Part shown: positions 47,775 to 59,884 of the stretch, piece by piece
How the letters are laid out: each line of letters starts with the position of its first letter
Numbering within the stretch: position 1 is the stretch's first letter
NCBI GenBank assembly: GCA_002269645.1
Contig: NIVC01001764.1
Span: forward strand, 1 to 64,000
Source: Macrostomum lignano
Taxonomy: Eukaryota
Direction: 5' to 3'
DNA length: 64,000 nt
Notes under the pieces: model-generated
Told to the model about the DNA's origin: nothing
The model's database searches: none
What the model saw: the letters and a program-made list of their open reading frames with translations, nothing else
Made by a program: the position numbers and the translations under genes

Positions 47775-50700
47775 TCATTTTTCCGCTATAATTTGCGGCT
47801 GAAAGTCCGGCTTCACGGCTTTGGCTAAACTCTCAGCGTAGAGATCCAATCGCTGCGTCATCTGCAATAGAAAATTTTGAACTTAGTAAAACGGCCCTTT
47901 TAGGGGCAAGTTAAAAAATACAACACAATGATGCGATTCTGTTCATAAAGATAATACTCGTAAGCAGAAAATGACCCTGCTTCTCTAGTATTCTTGATAA
48001 TCAAGAATTTTTTATTTTGTATTTTTTTAATCTATTTAATTTTTCGCACTAATTTGAAATCGCGCTCGCGCTGTACTTTATACTCACCCGAAAGCCCCAT
48101 TGGTCCTTGACCTGGCGGCAGAGGTTCAAGTCCGCTTCGACTACCAGCAGGCCGTCTGACACCCGCGACAGGCCCTGAGAGTTTAGGAGGGGAAATGATT
48201 TTTTTTAAAATTGATTACTCCCATCAAAATTGCAACAAAATATTCCAATCAGATGTAACAACTCATAGTTGGGAACCAATTGCAAATTTTTATATAGCAT
48301 TTTATCCAAGTTGCAATATTACTGTGACTGAAAAATTTATGGATCTTCGTAAGTTCTTTTTTCAGTTAACACTATCTTAGGTGCGCATCCCTATGTTTTA
48401 GGGGGGGGGGGCTGTCTCGTTGTTGGGTGCCGCTGTCTCGTAGTTGGGTGCCGCTGTCTCGTAGTTGGGTGCCACTGTCTCGTAGTTGGGTGCCGTTGTC
48501 TCGTAGTTGGGTGCCGCTGTCTCGTAGTTGGGTGCCACTGTCTCGTAGTTGGGTGCCGCTGTCTCGTAGTTGGGTGCCGCTGTCTCGTAGTTGGGTGCCA
48601 CTGTCTCGTAGTTGGGTGCCGCTGTCTCGTAGTTGGGTGCCACTGTCTCGTAGTTGGGTGCCACTGTCTCGTAGTTGGGTGCCACTGTCTCGTAGTTGGG
48701 TGCCACTGTCTCGTAGTTGGGTGCCACTGTCTGTTAGTGGGCGCCACTGTCTGTTGGTGGGCGCCCCTGTCTGTTGGTGGGCGCCCCTGTCTGTTGGTGG
48801 GCGCCCCTGTCTGTTGGTGGGCGCCCCTGTCTGTTGGTGGGCGCCCCTGTCTGTTGGTGGGCGCCCCTGTCTGTTGGTGGGCGCCCCTGTCTGTTGGTGG
48901 GCGCCCCTGTCTGTTGGTGGGCGCCCCTGTCTGTTGGTGGGCGCCCCTGTCTGTTGGTGGGCGCCCCTGTCTGTTGGTGGGCGCCCCTGTCTGTTGGTGG
49001 GCGCCCCTGTCTGTTGGTGGGCGCCCCTGTCTGTTGGTGGGCGCCCCTGTCTGTTGGTGGGCGCCCCTGTCTGTTGGTGGGCGCCCCTGTCTGTTGGTGG
49101 GCGCCCCTGTCTGTTGGTGGGCGCCCCTGTCTGTTGGTGGGCGCCCCTGTCTGTTGGTGGGCGCCCCTGTCTGTTGGTGGGCGCCCCTGTCTGTTGGTGG
49201 GCGCCCCTGTCTGTTGGTGGGCGCCCCCTGTCTGTTGGTGGGCGCCCCTGTCTGTTGGTGGGCGCCCCTGTCTGTTGGTGGGCGCCCCTGTCTGTTGTTG
49301 GGCGCCCCTGTCTCTTGGTGGGCGCCCCTGTCTGTTGGGTGATTTTGCATAATCTTATATCATCTATCTTGCACAGAAACGGAACTCACAGGACTCCGCG
49401 CCCCGTTAGGAGCAGTCACGTACGATGAACCGTAGAAATGACCAAAATCATGGTGAGCACTCCTGCCGTCACCGGAAGTGAACTCGTGAGCGAAATTCTC
49501 CTGTAGGAGAGCAGATAGACACAATATATTCTACGAGCGTAATTAAATAAGAAACAAAATTGTGGGTGTTAGACAGGATGTTAGAGACTCTGTTAGAGTG
49601 GGTGTGTTAGACAGAGTGTTAGAGACTCTGTAGTGGGTGTTAGACAGGGTGCTAGAGACTCTGTTAGAATGGGTGTGTTAGACAGTGTGTTAGAGACTCC
49701 GTTAGAGTGGGTGTGTTAGACAGGATGTTAGAGACTCTGTTAGAGTGGGTGTGTTAGACAGAGTGTTAGAGACTCTGTAGTGGGTGTTAGACAGGGTGCT
49801 AGAGACTCTGTTAGAATGGGTGTGTTAGACAGAGTGTTAGAGACTCTGTTAGAGTGGGTTTGTTAGACAGTGTGTTAGGGACTCTGTTAGAATGGGTGTG
49901 TTAGACAGTGTGTTAGAGACTCCGTTAGAGTGGGTGTGTTAGACAGTGTGTTAGAGACTCCGTTAGAGTGGGTGTGTTAGACAGAATGTTAGAGACTCCG
50001 TTACAGTGGGTGTTGAAGTTAAATAAAGTGTTAGAGACGCGATCAAAAGCTGGTGTTAGACAGGACACCATGGCTCAAACTCACTGTGCCCACTCGGTTG
50101 ATAGCAACAGAGTAATAGTTATTGGCTATGGCGGCATTGCGAGCCTCAATCGGCCAGAAAGCCTCGCTGAGGCTGTCCACCGTAGCGGAGGGGTTGAACA
50201 CGATCTCTGCACCGTTCAAACCGTACATCAGCCAGTTCTGCGGGTGGTGCCGGCCGTAGCAGATGTTCACCGCGATGCGACCGAACTGGGTGTCGAATAC
50301 CGGATGACCCAGCTCGCTCTCCATGTAGTAGGTTGACTGCGGGTGAACGAGTGATAGAGTTCATGAGTTCATGAGTGAGTTCATGAGTTTATGAGTGAGT
50401 TCATGAGTTCATGAGTGAGTTCATGAGTTCATGAGTGAGTTCATGAGTTCATGAGTGAGTGAACGAGTGAATGAGTGAGTTCATGAGTTAATGAGTTCAT
50501 GAGTGAGTGAACGAGTGAATGAGTTAGTGAGTGAGTTAGTGAGTGACTGAACGAGTGAATGAGTGAACGAGTGAATGAGTGAACGAGTGAATGAGTGAAC
50601 GAGTGAATGAGTGAGTGAGTGAATGAGTGAGTGAATGAGTGAGCGAGTGTGTGAGTTAGTGAGTTAGTGAGTGAGTTATTGAGTGAACAAGAGAAAGAGA

Positions 50701-53145
50701 TTTCCGACTCAAGAATATGTGAATCCAATACAAGCGTACATGTATATCTGTGAACCCTGGATGACCTTGGAGTTTACTTTGTGTAGTGCAGACATTTTTT
50801 ATCAAACTGACCGCAACTTTAGATAATGGCATAAGCAATTGCAGTCTCTGTGGAACATTCAGCAGTATTTAGATTAAAACCATGCACACAAAATTGAAAT
50901 TCATTAAAAAGTATAGAAATTTTAATCTTGTTTTAGCTGTTGAAGGCTGCGTACAACTGTTCAGTCCAGGACTGGGGGGTCGCCACACACACCCCCAATT
51001 GCCCCAGCTAATGCTGGCACCCATTTTACAGCTGGGTGAACTGAAACAATGCAGAGTTAAGTGTCTTGCTTAAGGACACAATTTGTTTCTAGTGGGTCAA
51101 GAATCGAACCCCAGACATTTCTTTCAGTCGTGAGTTCGACGCTCTAACTACCCACACAAACCCACGCCCATTTCACCTCATTGAAATCTCCCACTCGCGG
51201 TATGTGATTCTTCCTAGTCTTGCCAATCACTTTGCCAGTATTGGAAATCACCACGGCCGTATTCCAGACGGTGTCGCCGTGTGATTCGTCGCGTTCAAGA
51301 ATTGGCGACACGATCACCATGTTGTACCGGCCGGCCAGCTGTCGCATCGCCTGGGTGGTTGGGCCATCCTCGGCCGATTCGGCGAACTGCGTCCACGGGT
51401 GCTTCTCCCGGGTGCAGAAGGCGAACGGCATGTCTGTCGGGGTGGGGGGCAAAGGGGACGGGTGAGATTGACCAAGACGTTGTTTGACAGTCTACTCGAT
51501 AGTCTACTCGATAGTCTACTCAATAGTCTACTCCATAGTCTACTCTCGATAGTCTACTGCTCGGTAGTCTAGCCTACTTATTACTCTACTTGATGATCTA
51601 CTAGATAGTCTACTCGATAGTCTGCTCGGTAGTCTAGCCTACTTATTACTCTACTTGATGATCTACTAGATAGTCTACTCGATAGTCTACTTGATAGTCT
51701 GCTCGATAGTCTACTCGATAGTCTACTCGATAGCCTACTCGATAGTCTACTCGATAGTCTACTCGATAGTCTACTCGATAGTCTACTCGACAATCTACTT
51801 GACAGTCTACTCGATAGTCTACTTGATAGTCTACTCGATAGTCTACTCGATAGTCTACTCGATAGTCTACTCGATTGTCTACTTGATAGTCTACTTGATA
51901 GTTCACTCGATATTCTACTCAACAACCTACTTGACAGCCTACTCAATAATCTACTAGACAATCTACTCGATAGTCTATTTGACAGTCTACTCGACAGCTC
52001 CACTAGACTCACTCCAGGTCTCTTGCATGCAGAGCACATTGACTCCGCAGTCGGCAGCCACTGCAATGTAACTGCTAATCTTCTTGATGAGGCTGTCTCT
52101 CTAAAATGAATTTTTTTATGTTTGCACTTTTAATGTTAACTGTTTAATATATTATGAAACGAGTGATACAGATAAACGTTTGAGATCTCGATCAAATACT
52201 GTTCACCTGCGCTCTAATTGGAGCATCTGTGGGCTCAACAATGGAATTCTGGATGGCTCCAATTCGAACAATTCTCGGTTTGCGCAATTCTTCAGCTAGT
52301 GCAGGAAATCGGAATGACTTGACCTCGAGCTTTAACTTGTCAGCCAGATCCTTCACTTTTGGATCGAATTTCAGATAGTGTGATGGGCTGTTTTAAAGGT
52401 TTTTTATGGGATACTATTAAGTTTTAAGAGTTTTACAGAAGTTATGATAATTAACTATCTATTAGTATACATTTGATTAATCTTCATGTACTTATCATAA
52501 AAATTTATAAAAAATCTAACTCACATTTCCATTTATTGTGAAAATAGAAATTTAAAAATGCTTTTTTCTTCTCAATATATAATTTTAATTTATTTGGTTT
52601 TACCAAATGGAGCATATATGCAAATAATTAAATTACAAATAGCTAAGCATTTGAACAATCCAAATGAGTTTAATGAACTTAATAGTCAGAAAGATCTATA
52701 TATTTGCTAAGAAATCATTGCTTCCCATTTTCATGAAAATTAATCAGCAAATTTTTTACTCTTTAATTTTTAGTCCAGAAGGAAATAAAAATGGACTATC
52801 TTATGCAATTTCAGCAGCTATGACACCGTCTTATCTATTTAAATATTCTATAGATTATACATTCATAATTTACCGATTCAACAAATAATTGAAACGATTC
52901 TTTAATTCAGTCGTAAATCAAAATAGTTTTTATTTTTCAGCAAACTAGACTACTTTTATTTTTTAGTAAGGTTGATCGACGTTTTTTTTAAAACTAAAGG
53001 AAATCAAGGAACGTTTAGAGGTAAGGAGAGTTACGAGTACTTACTCCTGAATATCGAAACCATAAAGACCACGGTGAACTTTCTGTAACTCCTCTTTTGG
53101 AATATATTTTTCCAATATTTCTTCAATACTGTTAAATTGAGCCAT
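47775..53145 (-). CDS. UPB1: Beta-ureidopropionase (nitrilase family); exons 53145-53045, 52387-52207, 52100-52013, 51433-51177, 50336-50085, 49500-49390, 48174-48088, 47861-47775; about 387 aa
   Basis: [16 protein letters not shown]; [14 protein letters not shown]; [17 protein letters not shown] (catalytic Glu); [19 protein letters not shown] (Lys); [11 protein letters not shown] (Cys); [22 protein letters not shown]; [19 protein letters not shown]. All junctions are GT-AG and phase-compatible (1164 nt). Confidence 0.96.
48410..49340. repeat. Composite minisatellite in UPB1 intron 6: 21-bp (CTGTCTCGTAGTTGGGTGCCR) then 20-bp (CCCCTGTCTGTTGGTGGGCG)
   Basis: Switch near 48730. Confidence 0.95.
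49560..50040. repeat. About 38-bp minisatellite in UPB1 intron 5
   Basis: Unit TCCGTTAGAGTGGGTGTGTTAGACAGTGTGTTAGAGAC. Confidence 0.9.
50355..50690. repeat. (TGAG)n-based microsatellite in UPB1 intron 4
   Basis: Direct inspection. Confidence 0.9.
50925..51160 (-). mobile_element. tRNA-derived SINE with CORE-like domain
   Basis: Minus strand: A-box-like GTAGTTAGAGCG, B-box GGTTCGATTC, then TGTGTCCTTAAGCAAGACACTTAAC..TTCACCCAGCTGTAAAATGGG, resembling the CORE-SINE consensus. Confidence 0.75.
51490..52010. repeat. 12-bp minisatellite (GATAGTCTACTC) in UPB1 intron 3
   Basis: Direct inspection. Confidence 0.93.
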
Positions 53146-54069
53146 TAAATCTTGTAGCGCTAAAGAACAAGCTGAACTTCAAATGAATAAAAAATGAATA
53201 AGTTCAGCTAGCTATCAGGCAAAACCTTTATTTTGTGATAATTTTCTTTGAAAATTAAGAAGTCAAAATAGTGCTGAAATGCTTTTAATTAGTCATTAAA
53301 ACAAATTTCATGTTACATCTCATTTTATTTAAGCAAATCAACTTGAAAATTATATCATTAGGCCTTTAAAACTGCTTTAAAAACAACAGAATTAAAAGTC
53401 TTCGGGACTATCTACTGGATTAATGACTACAATCAAATTAAATTGCATCTGTTGGGTACGCTCGTACGCAGGAATTTTTGCCAGAACTATATTTAATAGG
53501 AATGAGAGGACAAAAATATGAAAATAATAATATACTTTGCCATTAAGAGTAAAATCAATAAAACATTGTGTTATAGACTAACGGAATAATCTTGCTTCAG
53601 GGCGCCAAAATAAGCGCCTGAATTCCTGCTGCAGTGCAGCGCCAAAATGAAGAGCTGCCAACATTGATTCTCAAAACAATGTACATGTATAGTAGAGATT
53701 TATTCATGTATATTCATGTAAAATAATTTTACGAGAATTCAATTCTTGGATGGCTTTACATATATACATGTACATGTACATGTAAAAAACCATGGCGACG
53801 ACGCCCCTGTACATGTGATTGTGAATATCAAACATGTTTTTTGTAGCAGGGGCAGGGCAACTTCTTTGTTCCTTTTTTCCTAACAAAAACGAACATATGA
53901 GTGTATTGAAATCAAGGAACTATATACAGAATACAGATTTATTGCAACTCTGCCAATGCATAGAAATTAAAAAAATGGATTAAGAAATCTGATTGATGCC
54001 GAACTTATTGTGTAAAATTAACATTTACATGCAAGCTGTTTTTTGTTACAGGAAATCGAGAGTAGCTAG

Positions 54070-54200
54070 GTAGGGGCGGAAAGGAGAGTAGGTTGGTTAA
54101 GGGGCGGAAAGGAAAAATGAGAATTGGTAGGGGCGGAAAGGACAGTAGGGGCGGACGGGAGAGGGGCGGGTGGGAGAGTAGGGGCGGAAGGGCGAGATCT
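54070..54200. promoter_or_regulatory. Cluster of about 6 GC-box-like motifs (GGGGCGG) about 0.9 kb upstream of the UPB1 start
   Basis: Repeated TAGGGGCGGAAAGG/GGGGCGGG; could equally be a degenerate repeat. Confidence 0.35.
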
Positions 54201-54234
54201 GGTGGTACCCTTGGTGCTGGCGCCCCTCAAATAA

Positions 54235-54445
54235 AATGGCGCCTCTCAAATGAAATGGCACCCCCACAGATGAAATGGCGCCCCTCAGATGAAATGGCGC
54301 CCCTCAGATGAAATGGCGCCCCTCAGATGAAATGACACCCCACAGATGAAATGGCGCCCCTCAGATGAAATGGCGCCCCTCAGATGAAATGGCGCCCCTC
54401 AGATGAAATGACACCCCACAGATGAAATGGCGCCCTCTCATATGA
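54235..54445. repeat. 19-bp minisatellite (CAGATGAAATGGCGCCCCT)
   Basis: About 10 copies. Confidence 0.9.
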
Positions 54446-55134
54446 AACTATACAATACAACTACAAACTACACAATTGAATCTCTCTTTCAATTTTTAGG
54501 TGAATAAACACCAAATTTCACATATACGAGTAGCAAAGCCTTCTTCTTAAGCCTGTCTGTGTGGCTTCGTTGGACCATGCGTAAAAAACATGCAGTTATA
54601 GACTTGTTTTTGGGTTTTTTAATTGTTATAATACTTCCACGGTTATGCAGTCAGTGATGCCGAGCGGGGTTCATGATACTAATCTGATGGAGGGGTCTGT
54701 GGCCGGACTAGTGCTAAAATGCGCTTGGAGTTCGGGACCGCACAAGCCTATATAGTCTCCCATTTAACCGTCGGTGGGGGACACAACTTGATGCCATTAT
54801 CCGAGTGCCTCTGGCGGAAGCTGGAGGGGAAATGAGGGGCTCACCAAAACTGGTGACGCTACAGAGGGGTAGAGGTGATCGAGCCTGTAGAAGCTATTCT
54901 CTACTCATGGCTGTAGCCTCGGTGCGATGCCGGTGTGTAGTGCGTCCACTTACGCCGGCTTCTGTGGAGGTAGCCTGACGGTGGTGGCAGGTGGCCCACG
55001 CTAAACGGTCGGTAAGTGGTGGATAGACGGGGCGAGCTTGGGGCTTCAGCCCTGGTTTCGGGGCTGCCGGGTTTTTCGATATTCCTGGCGGTTTGCCAAG
55101 AATTCTACATCCGAACTCAGTGTTGTTAGCATTT

Positions 55135-58100
55135 ATTTTGGCGCCGCAGGCACTTATTTAAGCGCGGCAGGCACTCATTTTAGTGCGGCAGGCACTCATT
55201 TTAGCGCCGCAGGCACTCATTTTAGTGCGGCAGGCACTCATTTTAGCGCCATAGGCACTCATTTTAGCGCCGCAGGCACTCATTTTAGCGCCGCAGGGAC
55301 TCATTTTAGCGCCTCAGGCACTCATTTTAGTGCGGCAGGCACTCATTTTAGCGCCGCAGGCACTCATTTTAGCGCCACAGGCACTCATTTTAGTGCGGCA
55401 GGCACTCATTTTAGTGCGGCAGGCACTCATTTTAGCGCCGCAGGCACTCATTTTAGCGCCACAGGCACTCATTTTAGTGCGGCAGGCACTCATTTTAGTG
55501 CGGCAGGCACTCATTTTAGCGCCGCAGGCACTTATTTTAGTGCGGCAGGCACTCATTTTAGCGCGGCAGGCACTCATTTTAGCGCCGCAGGCACTCATTT
55601 TAGCGCCGCAGGGACTCATTTTAGCGCCTCAGGCACTCATTTTAGCGCCACAGGCACTCATTTTAGCGCCGCAGGCACTCATTTTAGCGCCACAGGCACT
55701 CATTTTAGTGCGGCAGGCACTCATTTTAGTGCGGCAGGCACTCATTTTAGCGCCGCAGGCACTCATTTTAGTGCGGCAGGCACTCATTTCAGCGCCATAG
55801 GCACTCATTTTAGCGCCGCAGGCACTCATTTTAGCGCCGCAGGGACTCATTTTAGCGCCTCAGGCACTCATTTTAGCGCCACAGGCACTCATTTTAGCGC
55901 CGCAGGCACTTATTTTAGTGCGGCAGGCAGCCAGGCACTCATTTTAGCGCGGCAGGCACTCATTTTAGTGCGGCAGGCAGCCAGGCACTCATTTTAGTGC
56001 GGCAGGCACTCATTTTAATGCGGCAGGCACTCATTTTAGTGCGGCAGGCACTCATTTTAGCGCGGCAGGCACTCATTTTAGTGCGGCAGGCACTCATTTT
56101 AGTGCGGCAGGCACTCATTTTAGTGCGGCAGGCACTCATTTTAGTGCGGCAGGCACTCATTTTAGCGCCGCAGGCACTTATTTTAGTGCGGCAGGCAGCC
56201 AGGCACTCATTTTAGCGCGGCAGGCACTCATTTTAGTGCGGCAGGCACTCATTTTAGCGCCGCAGGCACTCATTTTAGTGCGGCAGGCACTCATTTTAGC
56301 GCCATAGGCACTCATTTTAGCGCCGCAGGCACTCATTTTAGCGCCGCAGGGACTCATTTTAGCGCCTCAGGCACTCATTTTAGCGCCACAGGCACTCATT
56401 TTAGCGCCGCAGGCACTTATTTTAGTGCGGCAGGCAGCCAGGCACTCATTTTAGTGCGGCAGGCACTCATTTTAGTGCGGCAGGCAGCCAGGCACTCATT
56501 TTAGTGCGGCAGGCACTCATTTTAATGCGGCAGGCACTCATTTTAGTGCGGCAGGCACTCATTTTAGCGCGGCAGGCACTCATTTTAGTGCGGCAGGCAC
56601 TCATTTTAGTGCGGCAGGCACTCATTTTAGTGCGGCAGGCACTCATTTTAGTGCGGCAGGCACTCATTTTAGCGCGGCAGGCACTCATTTTAGTGCGGCA
56701 GGCACTCATTTTAGTGCGGCAGGCACTCATTTTAGTGCGGCAGGCACTCATTTTAGTGCGGCAGGCACTCATTTTAGCGCGGCAGGCACTCATTTTAGTG
56801 CGGCAGGCACTCATTTTAGTGCGGCAGGCACTCATTTTAGTGCGGCAGGCACTCATTTTAGTGCGGCAGGCACTTATTTTAGTGCGGCAGGCACTCATTT
56901 TAGTGCGGCAGGCACTCATTTTAATGCGGCAGGCACTCATTTTAGTGCGGCAGGCACTTATTTTAGTGCGGCAGGCACTCATTTTAGTGCGGCAGGCACT
57001 CATTTTAGTGCGGCAGGCACTCATTTTAGTGCGGCAGGCACTTATTTTAGTGCGGCAGGCACTCATTTTAGTGCGGCAGGCACTTATTTTAGTGCGGCAG
57101 GCACTCATTTTAGTGCGGCAGGCACTCATTTTAGTGCGGCAGGCACTCATTTTAGTGCGGCAGGCACTCATTTTAGCGCCGCAGGCACTTATTTTAGTGC
57201 GGCAGGCACTCATTTTAGCGCGGCAGGCACTCATTTTAGCGCCGCAGGCACTCATTTTAGCGCCGCAGGGACTCATTTTAGCGCCTCAGGCACTCATTTT
57301 AGCGCCACAGGCACTCATTTTAGCGCCGCAGGCACTCATTTTAGCGCCACAGGCACTCATTTTAGTGCGGCAGGCACTCATTTTAGTGCGGCAGGCACTC
57401 ATTTTAGCGCCGCAGGCACTCATTTTAGTGCGGCAGGCACTCATTTCAGCGCCATAGGCACTCATTTTAGCGCCGCAGGCACTCATTTTAGCGCCGCAGG
57501 GACTCATTTTAGCGCCTCAGGCACTCATTTTAGCGCCACAGGCACTCATTTTAGCGCCGCAGGCACTTATTTTAGTGCGGCAGGCAGCCAGGCACTCATT
57601 TTAGCGCGGCAGGCACTCATTTTAGTGCGGCAGGCAGCCAGGCACTCATTTTAGTGCGGCAGGCACTCATTTTAATGCGGCAGGCACTCATTTTAGTGCG
57701 GCAGGCACTCATTTTAGCGCGGCAGGCACTCATTTTAGTGCGGCAGGCACTCATTTTAGTGCGGCAGGCACTCATTTTAGTGCGGCAGGCACTCATTTTA
57801 GTGCGGCAGGCACTCATTTTAGCGCCGCAGGCACTTATTTTAGTGCGGCAGGCAGCCAGGCACTCATTTTAGCGCGGCAGGCACTCATTTTAGTGCGGCA
57901 GGCACTCATTTTAGCGCCGCAGGCACTCATTTTAGTGCGGCAGGCACTCATTTTAGCGCCATAGGCACTCATTTTAGCGCCGCAGGCACTCATTTTAGCG
58001 CCGCAGGGACTCATTTTAGCGCCTCAGGCACTCATTTTAGCGCCACAGGCACTCATTTTAGCGCCGCAGGCACTTATTTTAGTGCGGCAGGCAGCCAGGC

Positions 58101-59430
58101 ACTCATTTTAGTGCGGCAGGCACTCATTTTAGTGCGGCAGGCAGCCAGGCACTCATTTTAGTGCGGCAGGCACTCATTTTAATGCGGCAGGCACTCATTT
58201 TAGTGCGGCAGGCACTCATTTTAGCGCGGCAGGCACTCATTTTAGTGCGGCAGGCACTCATTTTAGTGCGGCAGGCACTCATTTTAGTGCGGCAGGCACT
58301 CATTTTAGTGCGGCAGGCACTCATTTTAGCGCGGCAGGCACTCATTTTAGTGCGGCAGGCACTCATTTTAGTGCGGCAGGCACTCATTTTAGTGCGGCAG
58401 GCACTCATTTTAGTGCGGCAGGCACTCATTTTAGCGCGGCAGGCACTCATTTTAGTGCGGCAGGCACTCATTTTAGTGCGGCAGGCACTCATTTTAGTGC
58501 GGCAGGCACTCATTTTAGTGCGGCAGGCACTTATTTTAGTGCGGCAGGCACTCATTTTAGTGCGGCAGGCACTCATTTTAATGCGGCAGGCACTCATTTT
58601 AGTGCGGCAGGCACTTATTTTAGTGCGGCAGGCACTCATTTTAGTGCGGCAGGCACTCATTTTAGTGCGGCAGGCACTCATTTTAGTGCGGCAGGCACTT
58701 ATTTTAGTGCGGCAGGCACTCATTTTAGTGCGGCAGGCACTTATTTTAGTGCGGCAGGCACTCATTTTAGTGCGGCAGGCACTCATTTTAGTGCGGCAGG
58801 CACTCATTTTAGTGCGGCAGGCACTCATTTTAGCGCGGCAGGCACTCATTTTAGTGCGGCAGGCACTCATTTTAGTGCGGCAGGCACTCATTTTAGTGCG
58901 GCAGGCACTCATTTTAGTGCGGCAGGCACTCATTTTAGTGCGGCAGGCACTCATTTTAGTGCGGCAGGCACTCATTTTAGTGCGGCAGGCACTCATTTTA
59001 GTGCGGCAGGCACTCATTTTAGTGCGGCAGGCACTCATTTTAGTGCGGCAGGCACTCATTTTAGTGCGGCAGGCACTCATTTTAGTGCGGCAGGCACTCA
59101 TTTTAGTGCGGCAGGCACTCATTTTAGTGCGGCAGGCACTCATTTTAGTGCGGCAGGCACTCATTTTAGTGCGGCAGGCACTCATTTTAGTGCGGCAGGC
59201 ACTCATTTTAGTGCGGCAGGCACTTATTTTAGTGCGGCAGGCACTCATTTTAGTGCGGCAGGCACTTATTTTAGTGCGGCAGGCACTCATTTTAGTGCGG
59301 CAGGCACTCATTTTAGTGCGGCAGGCACTCATTTTAGTGCGGCAGGCACTCATTTTAGCGCGGCAGGCACTCATTTTAGTGCGGCAGGCACTTACTTTAG
59401 TGCGGCAGGCACTCATTTTAGCGCCACGTA
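55135..59430. repeat. 4.3-kb 21-bp satellite (GCAGGCACTCATTTTAGTGCG) with a 1657-bp higher-order duplication
   Basis: About 200 units; identical variant patterns recur at a 1657-bp offset. Confidence 0.97.
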
Positions 59431-59884
59431 CAGGCGCAGGCACGATCGTTTTGGCGCGGATCGGGAGACAGGCGCTCAGAACACCCCGCCCCCCGATCGG
59501 CAAACCACAACCCCTCTCCCAGGCCCCAACGCCTTGCGGGCGCAGTTGCACCCGCTCAGCCAATAGGAATGCGCCAATTATATTGTTAGAAGCCAATTAT
59601 GGCCATGAAGGTGATTTTAACAAACAGCAATAAAAAAGTGGACTTCGGTTACCCACAAAACTTGGCTATCGTCTCGAGGGTTTAGTCAGTCGAGGGAAAT
59701 TTTATTTACTTATTCATTTTCTTATTCAAAAGTGAATATACTACGAGTATTAAATAAATTATGCTTGTAATATTTTTGCTCATTAATGAATGATTTGAAA
59801 CAATAGATTTTAGCAGCAAGACAAAGCAACTACTGTACACTCATTACGTGATGTATACAATGGGATGTATCAGATAAAGGCGTG

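Noticed and set aside
48381-48393. Ac-like TIR (reverse complement TAGGGATGCGCAC)
   Set aside because: No matching partner end or TSD found nearby.
38640-49340. Giant composite transposon bounded by the inverted 20-bp arrays
   Set aside because: The interval would include the last two UPB1 exons, and no TIR/TSD pair or transposase was found.
51085-51160. Possible tRNA gene
   Set aside because: A/B boxes are present, but there is no convincing cloverleaf and it continues into a CORE-like body; called a SINE.
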